A DNA stretch of 64,000 nucleotides, from assembly GCA_965207885.1 (NCBI GenBank), contig OZ242311.1, positions 2,560,001 through 2,624,000 on the forward strand, given 5' to 3'. The stretch is from Candidatus Latescibacterota bacterium. GTDB taxonomy: Bacteria > Latescibacterota > UBA2968. The notes under the pieces were generated by a model that was not told the DNA's origin, did no database searches, and saw nothing but the letters and a program-made list of their open reading frames with translations. Each line of letters begins with the position of its first letter. The stretch's first letter is position 1. Position numbers and translations under genes: made by a program. Below, one piece after another: positions 1-10,261 of this stretch.

Positions 1-435
1 AAACGTTGGTCTCACCGGCGCGATAAGGAATGAGAATCCATGGCAGTCGGCAATGCGCTTCATAGCCAGTAAAATTTCTCGGCTGTAACCTTGTCCCTGG
101 CAATCAGGCCTTATATCGACTCCCAACGCGCAGAGGGTTGTAGGATTCTGTGTTCCTTCTCTCAAGCCCAATTCCAGTGTTGATGTCCAGCCTTCAGGTA
201 AATCTTCATCATGGCCGGTCCACGGGATGGGGATTGCGATACTATAGGCAGCCAGTCGATCCTCAGGTTCGCAATAATATAGTTGAAACTGGGGAAACTT
301 TGTGAGCAACTGAGCTGTTATCTCCTTGGGCCCCTCGGCATGAAAGATGAACTCGGGCCAGTTCGTACGGGAATCCCATGTCTGCTCTCGCAGATCGGGG
401 TGCTCGGTATGCGAATACACTGTCAACTTTTTCAC
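1..435 (-). CDS. GNAT-like N-acetyltransferase (3' end outside window)
   Basis: Manual translation from GTG at 435: MKKLTVYS...WPEFIFH...LCALGVDIRPDCQGQGYS...LIAPVRPTF; acetyl-CoA QGxG motif; open to the window edge. Confidence 0.75.
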   Translation of the reverse strand, partial: MKKLTVYSHTEHPDLREQTWDSRTNWPEFIFHAEGPKEITAQLLTKFPQFQLYYCEPEDRLAAYSIAIPIPWTGHDEDLPEGWTSTLELGLREGTQNPTTLCALGVDIRPDCQGQGYSREILLAMKRIADCHGFSFLIAPVRPTF

Positions 436-454
436 AGTATTTTTGTAATCCCTT

Positions 455-1303
455 CTAATTGGTTCTACGCCGAGAGGGTCTATTTATAGCGTCAGCCAGC
501 AATTGAAATCCCCCATCACGTTTATAGGTGCTCAGCCAATTCCCGCTTACAAATTCAAAATCGCCGGTCTCTGTATCGAGCGCACCAATACATCCTTCGT
601 TTATAACCTGCAATGTTGGGTCTCTGGGGTTGCTCACTACGCTGACGACCTGAATGCACTCCGTTTCATACACTTTTCTCGGCTCGACTGGATGGTGAAA
701 GTGCCCAAATACATGGTAGCGCGGTTTCGATGTTCTCAGATATTCGAGCAAATCCTGAGGCCCTTCGGCGAGGTTATCAGCATCGGCACCAACTCCAAAT
801 CCTCCTTCGTGTGAAACGAGAATATCTATACCCCTTGTGTGGCTGCGTCTAAGAGCCTTCGGGTTTCCTCCTTCACAAAAGCCAATTACTTCTTTTCCAA
901 CCTCAAGTGTGAAGCCGTCCGGTACGCACTCGAAGAGACCATGCGGGTCAAGTGGAATGGGTACAGAAGATTTTGTCTCTATAGCATTTCGAATAGCAGA
1001 GAATTCGTCGTGATTGCCTGCTACCACAAGGATCGAAGATGTCAATTGCGCCCGTGTATCGCGTGCGAGTTGTGCATCTGGCCCCTCTGCCAGGATGAGG
1101 CTACACAAATCGTACACGGCTGGGTCCCACTGTGCAAACCTGTCGTAGGGAATCTCACCACTCTGCGGTAGTGGCATAACCCCCAGATCGCCAACCTGCA
1201 CGACAAGGTCAAATATCTTTTTTCGCATTGACTGCCAGGTCAGGAGAATGGCAAGGGCATGGCATGCGCGTCCATGTATATCGCCTATGAAACCTATAAT
1301 CAA
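455..1303 (-). CDS. Calcineurin-like metallophosphoesterase
   Basis: GDIHG, VGDLG, GNHD, GHFH motifs. Confidence 0.85.
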   Translation of the reverse strand: MIIGFIGDIHGRACHALAILLTWQSMRKKIFDLVVQVGDLGVMPLPQSGEIPYDRFAQWDPAVYDLCSLILAEGPDAQLARDTRAQLTSSILVVAGNHDEFSAIRNAIETKSSVPIPLDPHGLFECVPDGFTLEVGKEVIGFCEGGNPKALRRSHTRGIDILVSHEGGFGVGADADNLAEGPQDLLEYLRTSKPRYHVFGHFHHPVEPRKVYETECIQVVSVVSNPRDPTLQVINEGCIGALDTETGDFEFVSGNWLSTYKRDGGFQLLADAINRPSRRRTN

Positions 1304-1363
1304 TTTAAGTTCCTTCTACCAAATGGTCCCTTCCATAGAGTGGTATGATCTCGCTTATATTCA

Positions 1364-1834
1364 TCAACACTCAGCGGACTGTAGATCGTTCCTGATTTTT
1401 GCACAAATCTCATTCATTTTATCTTCACTTACTCTTTCTTCTGGAGGGACTCCCAAATAGCCAAATACTTGCGCGCTTTGTCGGTTGGCTGGTTGATCAG
1501 CCATTCGCGGCACAATATGGAAATGAACATGCGGGTGATCCTCGTGTTCGGCAAATTGAATCACGTATGTTTTCACGCATCCGATTATACTCTTAAGGGA
1601 CGAGGAAACACGGCGAATCAGTGGGCCTAATTCAGCGGCTTCTTGCTCAGTAAGCTCATCAAGAGATTCGATGTGTCGTTTCAGAACCAATACCAGCCAC
1701 CCGGGTAAAGCGGTGTTATATGCATGCGCCACGTCCCAGTATTCGGTCTGGTAAATGCAGTCCCAAAGTGGAGCCTTACCCAGTCTTCTTTGCGCTGTTA
1801 ATTCGCACGTTTTACACACGTCACGACCGTTCAT
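1364..1834 (-). CDS. HIT family protein
   Basis: HVHFHIVPR histidine triad, N-terminal CxxC. Confidence 0.85.
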   Translation of the reverse strand: MNGRDVCKTCELTAQRRLGKAPLWDCIYQTEYWDVAHAYNTALPGWLVLVLKRHIESLDELTEQEAAELGPLIRRVSSSLKSIIGCVKTYVIQFAEHEDHPHVHFHIVPRMADQPANRQSAQVFGYLGVPPEERVSEDKMNEICAKIRNDLQSAEC

Positions 1835-1921
1835 ATGCGGCCTCTCGTTGCATCTTTATATTGAGGGGTTTTATCCGTTGGATTCCTCGGATGAATATCT
1901 TGACTGCCTGTGCATGACAGC

Positions 1922-3286
1922 TCAGAGTTTGTGTGTAGCAATCTCGTACATTTTGTCTGTGCAGGTCTTGAGGACTTTCAGGAGTTCTGGATATGGTTCG
2001 CCGTAGCCGGTGAGCAATCCAGAATGCTGACGGTCCTGTTTTTGGGAGACCAGATTGGAGGCGTCAATCAGACCGCAATAGTGCCAGCCAATAAATTCCG
2101 GGCGCGCAAAGGCGTTCCGAAAGAACTCATCGGTCCATTCGGCTCGCTGTTCGATGTTGTCTGCCACGGGACCGTAGGGGCGCGGCATGGTATCTGTGAT
2201 CATCGTGAATGCAGAATCGCCATTGATCAGCGGCTTGTCGGCGATCCTGTACCAGCGATCTAATCCGGGTTTTTGCACTTCGTATCGCGCATACATTTGA
2301 TAGAATACGATGTCGGTAAATTGGCTTGTAATGGGCAATAGGGTATCCAGCGCATCTGTGTTGGCATTGATTTTGTCGCCGACGAACAGGTGATTTGGAT
2401 CGTATCGGCGGATCGCATCTCGCGTTGTCTGGTAGTATTTTGCGACGACTTTTTGGAGGAATTCAATATTGTCGCGGGTTTCGTTGCCATTAGAAAGATC
2501 GGTGTGTGGCCGCCAGTTCTCGGCTATTTGGAGCGCGTCAAATGAATCAAATTGCGTGCTATAAGTTGTGTTGAAATCGCTGATTTGCCCGCGATATATA
2601 TCGCTCATGGTCTGAACATAAGCCTTTTTGCCCGGTGCATTGGCACCCAAATTGCGCAGCCGCCGCGGCCAGCCTATTCGAGCTTCCCGGCGTGCGCCGC
2701 CAATTACGTCGGGGCGTTCCCGGCAATCTTCTTCTGTAAACAGCGGACAGTCGGTCATGGCATAACCGAGCAGGAAGGGATCATCTTTTGTAGGCGCAGC
2801 AAACTCCTTTGCCATCTGATCGCAGTGTGAGGCAAATGTTTCTGAAAAGACATCCAAAAAATTGCTGTCGGGTATTTCTGCCTGCCAATGTGGGATATCG
2901 ACAAAGTGAATCGACTGCATATAGGGGATAGATGGCTGCGGGCGATTGACGGCTGACAACTCTGTGTGTACGCCTACTGTATTGAAGCCGTACTGACGAC
3001 ATGTTTGCAGGAACCAGGTTTTGAGGGCAGGTGTGAATTCGCGGCTGTCCAGATTGTCTATGCCCAATCGCTTTTTCCAGGCTTCGCGATTGTAGTCCTG
3101 TTTCCACAGATGGGGATGCAGGTGGTTTATTCCGAAGCTCAGAAACGCATTCCCCTCGGGCGTTACGAGCCACCATCTTTCGTCTTTTTCTATGCGAAAA
3201 AAGCCAGTTGCCTCAAATTTCTTGCCCGTCCAGCCGCCGTATTGATCGCGTTCGGCGGTGTCCCGGTGCGATTTATGTCTGTTCAT
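1922..3286 (-). CDS. Beta-agarase/GH50-like glycoside hydrolase
   Basis: D.YGGW...ATGFFRIEK..RWWLVTPEGNAFLSFGIN, DPFLLGY, AIRRYDPNHL, FIGWHY. Confidence 0.65.
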   Translation of the reverse strand: MNRHKSHRDTAERDQYGGWTGKKFEATGFFRIEKDERWWLVTPEGNAFLSFGINHLHPHLWKQDYNREAWKKRLGIDNLDSREFTPALKTWFLQTCRQYGFNTVGVHTELSAVNRPQPSIPYMQSIHFVDIPHWQAEIPDSNFLDVFSETFASHCDQMAKEFAAPTKDDPFLLGYAMTDCPLFTEEDCRERPDVIGGARREARIGWPRRLRNLGANAPGKKAYVQTMSDIYRGQISDFNTTYSTQFDSFDALQIAENWRPHTDLSNGNETRDNIEFLQKVVAKYYQTTRDAIRRYDPNHLFVGDKINANTDALDTLLPITSQFTDIVFYQMYARYEVQKPGLDRWYRIADKPLINGDSAFTMITDTMPRPYGPVADNIEQRAEWTDEFFRNAFARPEFIGWHYCGLIDASNLVSQKQDRQHSGLLTGYGEPYPELLKVLKTCTDKMYEIATHKL

Positions 3287-3317
3287 TTGGGTACCTTTGA
3301 ATAGTTATCAGAGTATT

Positions 3318-4169
3318 TTACTCGGCGGGAATAACTTCTCGTGTAACCTCTTGAACTTTACCGGGGAAGGTTTGTCCTCTTATCCACATAATGGGTTGGC
3401 CGTTGCCGGCGTTTTCAGGATTCATCCATTCTGCTTGCGCACTTAAGTAATGCGATACATAGCTGCGCCTAAATCGTTGGCTATGATTATTTGTGCTTTT
3501 GTGTAGCAGGTGAGAGTGGAACCAGATGACCGCACCAGGGGGGGCTTCTACGGGAATGCCGTCCTCATCGCGGGCATTGCGCGCGAGTTTGAATTCATTT
3601 TGCTGAGATCCTTCAATGTCGTCGTGTTCGGAGATTTCCTGTTTGTGACTGCCGGGAATTACGTAGAGGCAGCCGTTTTCGCGATCGGCTGGATCGACTG
3701 CTGTCCAGGTGCCGACAGTTGTCGCTGTTTTGAACCGCCTGCCAAAGTAAAATTTGTCCTGATGCCAGGGGAATCCCAATCCGATTTTTGGGGCTTTCCA
3801 GATGAAGAGGTTGTTGATGCCCAGAATGTCTGGGCCGAGTATGTCGAGGAGTGGGTCTGTCAGGCGTGGGTCGCGCACGCGGGCGAGGAATTCCGGGATG
3901 TAGCAACTGGGGTGGTGGATTTTGTGCATGGCGTAGATACCCGATTGTTTGTGTTTGCCGTCCCGGACGAGGGCATTGCGGTCGATATGAGCCATTGGCA
4001 TTTTTCGCTTTCCCTCGACAATGTCTTCGGCGACCTGCCGCAGGTCGTCGTTTTCTTTATGTGAAAAGACGTTTTCCCGCACAAAATATCCATTGCGCTC
4101 CCAGTGCTGAATTTCATCGGGTGTCATGCGGTTGGTATTTGTTTTTAATGGTGTTGCTGGGTTTTTCAT
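3318..4169 (-). CDS. Phytanoyl-CoA dioxygenase family (PhyH) protein
   Basis: WHQD, NGCLYVIPGSH, HKS..N.S..FRR; likely start MKNPATP at 4169 after AGGAG. Confidence 0.9.
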   Translation of the reverse strand: MKNPATPLKTNTNRMTPDEIQHWERNGYFVRENVFSHKENDDLRQVAEDIVEGKRKMPMAHIDRNALVRDGKHKQSGIYAMHKIHHPSCYIPEFLARVRDPRLTDPLLDILGPDILGINNLFIWKAPKIGLGFPWHQDKFYFGRRFKTATTVGTWTAVDPADRENGCLYVIPGSHKQEISEHDDIEGSQQNEFKLARNARDEDGIPVEAPPGAVIWFHSHLLHKSTNNHSQRFRRSYVSHYLSAQAEWMNPENAGNGQPIMWIRGQTFPGKVQEVTREVIPAE

Positions 4170-4411
4170 ATACGATCTCCTGAGTATGATAGTGATCAAT
4201 CGGTAGTCGAGAACTGCCTTGTAGTAATTTGCTATTGAGCTCTGGTATTTACGATAGCCGAAGTTCCTTTGGACTCGACTTTGTCCGTTTTGAGAGATAT
4301 ATTCAAATTGCGGATGGGGAAAAGCAAAGAGTGTATCCTTTAATATCTGAAAAAAATAAATATTATGCAATTATCTGTAGGGAGATTGCGTTTTAGCACA
4401 GGGAGCGGGAG

Positions 4412-5251
4412 ATGGCAAATGCAGGTGTGAGATCGAAACGGGAGATTTTGCTCGATACCGGATATTTTGTAGAAAAGGGCGTCCTGAGCGATTCGGATAT
4501 TAGGGTTTGTAAGGATCGATTGCGAGAGATTGCGCTCCGTATTGATTTTTACCGCGATAAGCTTCGGGCGATTATAGATGTGCAGGACGAGGCGTACCAG
4601 AACCATCCCGATCCTCTGTTGCGATTTGATTGGATCAATGAGATTTCGTTTCGCGATCGGGTATTGTGGAAATATTCTGCTGCACACCCCAGGCTTATCG
4701 CATTGGCTATGGAAGTGTTAGGTCCCGATATTTATCCACTTAATGGCGGCGGGTTCTTTATGAAGCCTCCCCGTTGTGGCGGTGAGGTACCGTGGCACCA
4801 GGATGCGAGTCCTTTCGATGGTTCAGAGGATATACCCGTGCCTGTGCTTTTCGATTTCTGGCTGGGACTGGATGCGGCAGATGTTGAGAATGGGTGTATG
4901 GAACTGATTCCTGGATCGCATACCTTGGGGCGTTTGGAGCACGAGCAAACGGGTAAGATTTTGAGGGAGATGGATCCCTTTAAGCACGGATTTACCGAGG
5001 ACGATGTGGTGCGTATTGAGACTGATCCTGGCGATGTGATTGTGTGGCATCAAGATCTGATCCACCGATCTTCTGCTAATTTCTCAGATCGTCCGCGGAT
5101 TGGCAAAGCGAGTGTTTATATGTCCCAAGCCGATGAGGAGACGATACGGCAAATGTCCGATCCCTGGGGAATGAATCCGAATCGACCACCGATCTGTTTG
5201 GACAGTAAAATCTGTGAGCTGACGCATTTTATTGAAGCACCGGGGCTGTAA
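4412..5251 (+). CDS. Phytanoyl-CoA dioxygenase family (PhyH) protein
   Basis: PWHQD, NGCMELIPGSH, HRSSAN.SDRPR; RBS GGGAG. Confidence 0.9.
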   Translation: MANAGVRSKREILLDTGYFVEKGVLSDSDIRVCKDRLREIALRIDFYRDKLRAIIDVQDEAYQNHPDPLLRFDWINEISFRDRVLWKYSAAHPRLIALAMEVLGPDIYPLNGGGFFMKPPRCGGEVPWHQDASPFDGSEDIPVPVLFDFWLGLDAADVENGCMELIPGSHTLGRLEHEQTGKILREMDPFKHGFTEDDVVRIETDPGDVIVWHQDLIHRSSANFSDRPRIGKASVYMSQADEETIRQMSDPWGMNPNRPPICLDSKICELTHFIEAPGL

Positions 5252-5693
5252 GTGCTGGCAGTTTTTTCATCTGAACATGTGTAGAATCTTCACCGATGAT
5301 TGAAAATCCCAGTCTCTGGTAGAAGGCGATGCCGCGGATGTTGATCTTTAATACTTGAAGGTTTACAGCTTTCCCCGCAGCGTTGGCATCAGCGAGAATG
5401 CTTGTCATGCACGCTGATCCGATTCCTCTACCCTGATACTCAGGATGGATAAAGAACTGATAGACCTTGAGAGAATCGGAAGTACAGGATGTGGAGAAGA
5501 AACCAATATCGTTTCCTTGAAATTGGATAATGCGAAAATTCTGCGAATCAAACCGCTTATTGTGTAATCCCCTCTGATGTGTATCGTCCCACTCCTCGAC
5601 CTGCTCCACATATTCGCGGAATGCGGCCTTCTTTACGGCAAAGACAAAGTCGCTGTCAGTTGCATCCGCCTTCCGAATGTTCAACTCTTTCAT
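5229..5693 (-). CDS. GNAT N-acetyltransferase
   Basis: IHPEYQGRGIG, N.RGIAFYQRLGF. Confidence 0.88.
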   Translation of the reverse strand: MKELNIRKADATDSDFVFAVKKAAFREYVEQVEEWDDTHQRGLHNKRFDSQNFRIIQFQGNDIGFFSTSCTSDSLKVYQFFIHPEYQGRGIGSACMTSILADANAAGKAVNLQVLKINIRGIAFYQRLGFSIIGEDSTHVQMKKLPALTAPVLQ

Positions 5694-5726
5694 GGAGAGA
5701 CCTTTTATTAGAATGTATCCTGGCAT

Positions 5727-6218
5727 TTACCACACTTCTTTCCCTACAGGTTTTCCCCAATCTAACTCTTCGATCGGTTTCACCATCTCGAGGTACCAGG
5801 GAGCAAATCCACAGTCCCGATAAAATGCAAGGATGTCATCGAAACGCTTCGCTGCCGAGTAGAGCCGCATGTAACCGAATCCAGCGGCTTCTGCTTTTGA
5901 TTGAGCAGTTTTGACCAGTCGCTGGCCTATTCCACTGTGGCGGGATTCGGGACGCACATATAGTTCAATGATTTCGAGAATACGGCTACCTTCGGGGAAT
6001 ACACATTCGCCTCGATATGGCCGTTCCTCACAATAGATGAATCCAACAGATTCACAGCCATCTATCGCCAAAAAGAGCCAATCCAGGTCACGATTATTCC
6101 ATACTTCCACCGAATCGGATCCATAACCCCATATTGCGCCTTCGGATGTTAGGTCTTCTTGCATCGAAAGGACGGCGACTATATCCGCCTCGTTTGCCTT
6201 ACGGATTGTAACGGTCAT
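5727..6218 (-). CDS. GNAT N-acetyltransferase
   Basis: LYVRPESRHSGIG, FYRDCGF. Confidence 0.88.
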   Translation of the reverse strand: MTVTIRKANEADIVAVLSMQEDLTSEGAIWGYGSDSVEVWNNRDLDWLFLAIDGCESVGFIYCEERPYRGECVFPEGSRILEIIELYVRPESRHSGIGQRLVKTAQSKAEAAGFGYMRLYSAAKRFDDILAFYRDCGFAPWYLEMVKPIEELDWGKPVGKEVW

Positions 6219-6252
6219 ATTGCATCCAGTCCAGTACTGGCAATTCCTGCAT

Positions 6253-7071
6253 CTAACCGAAATGTTCTTCTAACCATGCAACGGCGAAATCAGTCAGATC
6301 CTTAGCGTCGAACAAATAAGAGTCTGCGGCTCCAACCCGTCCTGTTGCATAGCTTGCCTGGGTCATATATTCCTCTACAATACGAAGGAAATAGTCGCCA
6401 TTGGGGGGCCCCCAATCGACGATGCCACCAGAAGTGTCAAATTGCTCAAATTCTATCCATTCGCACTTGCCATCACGCAAGATGGGCCACCGATAGCGCT
6501 CGGTTTTCTTGTTGGGCACGTCAGCAATATGCTCTGCGTAATGTAGAATCGTCAGGCTATCAAAGAGTGGTCCAAGCAGTAGTATTCGCCCCCTGACTTT
6601 GCACAATTTTGCGAGAGGGGAGCCTGCACCATAACCAAATTGGAGGGGATGATCCGATGTGATCCACTCCGCTTTTGCACCAATAGCCGCCATTCTTGCT
6701 TCAGGATGGTTGCTGCAATACGCGCCGGGCCATGTTCGGAGGTGCTCGGTGAGGATGCTCCACTTGCGGAAGGCGCGTGTCCGTTTAGGATCAAACGGTG
6801 GGCATTCTGCCAGGTACGCTTTTTGCCAGTCCTCTGGCCAATATTCAATTTCGTTTAGAGGCTCCTCGCATTTTATGTACATCATCAAGGTGCCCGTAGG
6901 TCCAATCACATCCAAAATTGCCTGAATCACCATATCAGGTCCGCCAACGATCCAGCCGACTGCCTTGACAGACGCGTGCAGCATCAGGGTATCGCCCGGG
7001 ACAATCCCCAGTTTTGATAAGTCAGATACCAGCTTGCTTCGCGTAATTACTGGCAAATCTATTTTCGCCAT
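6253..7071 (-). CDS. aac(3): Aminoglycoside 3-N-acetyltransferase family (Antibiotic_NAT)
   Basis: LGI.PGDTLMLHASVKAVGWIVGG, GTLMMY, S.HP, G.GSPLAKL, LTILHYAEH. Confidence 0.85.
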   Translation of the reverse strand: MAKIDLPVITRSKLVSDLSKLGIVPGDTLMLHASVKAVGWIVGGPDMVIQAILDVIGPTGTLMMYIKCEEPLNEIEYWPEDWQKAYLAECPPFDPKRTRAFRKWSILTEHLRTWPGAYCSNHPEARMAAIGAKAEWITSDHPLQFGYGAGSPLAKLCKVRGRILLLGPLFDSLTILHYAEHIADVPNKKTERYRWPILRDGKCEWIEFEQFDTSGGIVDWGPPNGDYFLRIVEEYMTQASYATGRVGAADSYLFDAKDLTDFAVAWLEEHFG

Positions 7072-7108
7072 TGCGATCTCCTTTTTAGATCAGGTTTATC
7101 ATAATCCT

Positions 7109-8380
7109 CTATTTATCTAAACCAGGTACAACTGCGCCATGTGACAAAAGCAATTCGCGCAGATCGGAAATAGGGACTTCGCGAGGTGTGGTTTCCAGAC
7201 GCACAGATAATGCAGCGGCAGCACCCACAGCCTGTCCCATGGCCATAGATGACGCCTGTACTCGTAAAGCGGAATTCGCCAACCGGTCACTGCTCACGCT
7301 GCGACCAGCGACCAGCAAATTGCGACTCTCTTTGGGGATAAGCGCGCGAAGAGGGACGGTGGGAACGATTCCTTTGGATAGCGGTCTGGGTTTGATGCCA
7401 TCGCGGTCGTGGAGATCAATGGGGTAAAAAGAATAGGATACGGCATCGTCAAAAAACCGTCCGCTCGTGTAATCTTCATGGGTTATTTGCACATCGCCAA
7501 CAATGCGATAGGTCTCACGCACGGCTGTTTCTGCCTGAGCTTTCAAAACACATGCGTTTTCGCACCCTGGTAGAGAACGCACAAAACGCAGAATCCGCAA
7601 TAGCGCCTGTCGCCCTGCTATGTTGGTTTTTGTATGCCTGTCAGAGGTTGATGCATCAGCACCAAATACATGCTGGGCATTTCCGCCTTTTCGAAGATAA
7701 CTGATAAATCGCACCTGTGGATTCATTACATCGCCGTGCTGCAAGCGGCCATCTTTAATGGCAGCAGAAAAATGCGCCTGAATGACCTCCTCATCCAGTG
7801 ATTCGACATTATACCCCCCGAGTTCAAAAATCAACGTGCCGGGTTGGGTTTCTTGTTCGCGCAAACGCGGAAAACCGATCTGCCCGACAATATTTGCGCC
7901 ACCAGTACAATCAATTAACTGTTTGGCCCATATAGTGCGGCGCATGTTTTTGCCTGTGGTTTCTACTGTCCAGCCCGTGTCCGTTTCTGAAACCCGAGCC
8001 GGTATTTCGTAGAAATGTAATTTCACCCCTGCTTGCGTACAGGCTTCTTCGACGAGTGCGGCATATACTGGACCGTTGATGCGAATTTGGTGCATCCAAT
8101 GGCGCTCGGGAGGTACTGAAAAATCTGGCAATTTTCTACTGTCAAGTGCCACAGCTTTTGTAACGAGTTCCCATCCGATACCCGCAATAATCTGTTTTCC
8201 CCAGGCGTGAAAAAGGCCCGGAAACGAGACCCCACCCGTTGTGGTTACACCACCGAGTTGGCTGCCGGATTCAATCAGGGCTGTGCGAAGTCCCGTGCGC
8301 CCAGCTTGTACCGCAGCAATGGTGCCCGCTGTACCACCGCCAATGACCAGAACATCTACATTTTCTTTCATGTGCTCCAT
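7109..8380 (-). CDS. FAD-dependent oxidoreductase
   Basis: VIGGGTAG Rossmann motif, IDCTG, RETYRI.G, NLLVAGR. Confidence 0.88.
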   Translation of the reverse strand: MEHMKENVDVLVIGGGTAGTIAAVQAGRTGLRTALIESGSQLGGVTTTGGVSFPGLFHAWGKQIIAGIGWELVTKAVALDSRKLPDFSVPPERHWMHQIRINGPVYAALVEEACTQAGVKLHFYEIPARVSETDTGWTVETTGKNMRRTIWAKQLIDCTGGANIVGQIGFPRLREQETQPGTLIFELGGYNVESLDEEVIQAHFSAAIKDGRLQHGDVMNPQVRFISYLRKGGNAQHVFGADASTSDRHTKTNIAGRQALLRILRFVRSLPGCENACVLKAQAETAVRETYRIVGDVQITHEDYTSGRFFDDAVSYSFYPIDLHDRDGIKPRPLSKGIVPTVPLRALIPKESRNLLVAGRSVSSDRLANSALRVQASSMAMGQAVGAAAALSVRLETTPREVPISDLRELLLSHGAVVPGLDK

Positions 8381-8400
8381 ATTGACAATCTCCCTGTGCT

Positions 8401-9000
8401 TTACTCCTCAGTTTCAGTGTCGCCAAGAGGATGAAGATCAATCGGTGTGAGAATTCCGTAAAATCCGTATTTGATACCTGAGCGATCTCCTTTTCCGGGC
8501 GGAAAGTATTCTTCTATAAGTGCCAATAATCGACGACCAAATTCTGATGCCTGTTCTTCAGATAGCCGCGCGCGGTTGTGATTGACGGATGTCTGGAATG
8601 TCGAACCGTACAAGCCCTCAGCAGCTTCGCGAAATGATTGATTGAACTGGCTGATAACATCGATTGGCATGGCCTCTGCAACCTGGTTGTTTGCGAGGAG
8701 GTCCTCTCGAACGCGAATCTTATCCGCTGCTGGCGAACAACGCCATTCATTGGGGTCAGTTTCACCTTCCTTTAAATGTACGACACCTGTTTCTGCCAGC
8801 TTTTTCAAGTGATACAGCACCCGGGCATCAGTAATTTCCAATGTCTGCGAGATTTCTGCAACCGACTTTCCGTCGCGAAGAGTTTCGAGGATGATCCAAC
8901 GCAGTGGATCGGCAAGTATGTTCGCGCGGTCATCCTCAATAACGATTACCGTCTCCTTTAAGGCATTGGTCGGGAATGTCAATTCGCGCCATGTACTCAT
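8401..9000 (-). CDS. Winged-helix (ArsR-like) transcriptional regulator
   Basis: LADPLRWIILETL..GKSVAEISQTL......VLYHLKKL. Confidence 0.75.
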   Translation of the reverse strand: MSTWRELTFPTNALKETVIVIEDDRANILADPLRWIILETLRDGKSVAEISQTLEITDARVLYHLKKLAETGVVHLKEGETDPNEWRCSPAADKIRVREDLLANNQVAEAMPIDVISQFNQSFREAAEGLYGSTFQTSVNHNRARLSEEQASEFGRRLLALIEEYFPPGKGDRSGIKYGFYGILTPIDLHPLGDTETEE

Positions 9001-9066
9001 TCATACTCTCCAGTCGTATAATTGAAGGATCACTCTTTGAGGCGGGGAAGCACATCTTCTGTATTT

Positions 9067-10182
9067 TTAACCTTTCTTTCCTGCTAAATATAGTATTCGA
9101 TGGACAAAGTCGGTTTTGCCTTCTGTATAACCCTTACCAGATGGGTCTTTCTGTAATAACTCTTCTTTGAGTTTTGCATACTCATCTCTTGCTTCTTGAT
9201 TAGATCGCAAAAAGTCGCGGAAAAGGATCTGACGATCCCAAAATCCTCCACGGTCAGTATAGGCAATAGACAGATGGAACTTGACAGGCGTGCCCTTGGC
9301 AAAGAAGTGCCGTTCGGTACTGGACCGGGTGGAGTAGAAATCGTATCCTATTTGAGCAAGGGCTTTTATGAATCCATCGGCATCTTTGTGATTTTCAATC
9401 TTAACGGCAATATCAATTATCGGTTTCGATGGCAGTTTCTCAATGGATGTACTACCGATATGTTCAATCTCTATAGCTGCCGTACCGAATATATCCCAGA
9501 GCTTACGTTTTTCCACGTTAAATTCCCGCTTCCAGATTGGCTGATATTGAGACAATTGGATTGGAGTAGAACTATTCATTGTTTGACTCAGCTTTGATAT
9601 CCACTCGTGTCCAGGATAGCATAGCTCTAAACTTCGTCTTAGCCACGTAGCTTCCTCGTAGTTGAGGAGCGGCAGAGTATTTCTGAAGTCGGCGTTATTC
9701 CGATCAATCTGTAGATTGTTCGCCTTGTAGAGAAGCTGAATCTGCGGAGAGAGATAAGGTATTCCGGATCTGGTTATCCGTCCCAGGGAGGAAATTGGTC
9801 CAGTGATCTTCGGTTCACGACGGAAAACCCACGAATCTCCATCTGTTTCCATAAGCATTAGCTGGATCGCCCAGGGGGATTCCGGCGTACGGCGCCCCCA
9901 AATGTCATTAATGGGTGGATCCAGGAAATCGCCTTTGGACCATGTCGTAAACTCTGGCGAACTCCTGTCGCTTAGGTCCCAATTAGAAAGGTGTTCTTGG
10001 AATATGAGTTGATCGTCTCTAAGGATCAGGACATCCAGGTCCCCATGAGGGCGTGTCTGATGACCGATAAAAAGATCAATGGCCCACCCGCCAGAAATCC
10101 ACCACGGTGCGGATAGCCCAGAGAATAGTTCCTGTGCCTCCGTGGGGGAGAGCGGATCCCAAATATGGGCGGTTTCTTCCAA
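9067..10182 (-). CDS. Fusion: ANT(2'')/Lnu-like nucleotidyltransferase + GrpB (UPF0157) domain
   Basis: N-term WWISGGWAIDLF.G.QTRPHGDLD; C-term EHIGSTSI..LPSKPIIDI...FRDFLR...YAKLK...YTEGKTDFV. Confidence 0.8.
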   Translation of the reverse strand: MEETAHIWDPLSPTEAQELFSGLSAPWWISGGWAIDLFIGHQTRPHGDLDVLILRDDQLIFQEHLSNWDLSDRSSPEFTTWSKGDFLDPPINDIWGRRTPESPWAIQLMLMETDGDSWVFRREPKITGPISSLGRITRSGIPYLSPQIQLLYKANNLQIDRNNADFRNTLPLLNYEEATWLRRSLELCYPGHEWISKLSQTMNSSTPIQLSQYQPIWKREFNVEKRKLWDIFGTAAIEIEHIGSTSIEKLPSKPIIDIAVKIENHKDADGFIKALAQIGYDFYSTRSSTERHFFAKGTPVKFHLSIAYTDRGGFWDRQILFRDFLRSNQEARDEYAKLKEELLQKDPSGKGYTEGKTDFVHRILYLAGKKG

Positions 10183-10261
10183 GTGGCTTCTCCTTGTATG
10201 CTACGCCAGAACTAAATTTTGCAGAAATCTTATCGCGCGTCTTCTGATTATTAAGGCTTGT

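Noticed and set aside
1874-1884. ATCCAAC as an R'' box in the 1835-1921 spacer
   Set aside because: Far from the stop, with no arm similarity and no R' partner
4170-4370. N-terminal extensions in the ORF track (also 37734-37874, 42136-42204, 53200-53289, 55744-55839, 57213-57302)
   Set aside because: Better RBS-linked starts lie downstream; the extensions run through spacers, attC remnants or neighbouring genes
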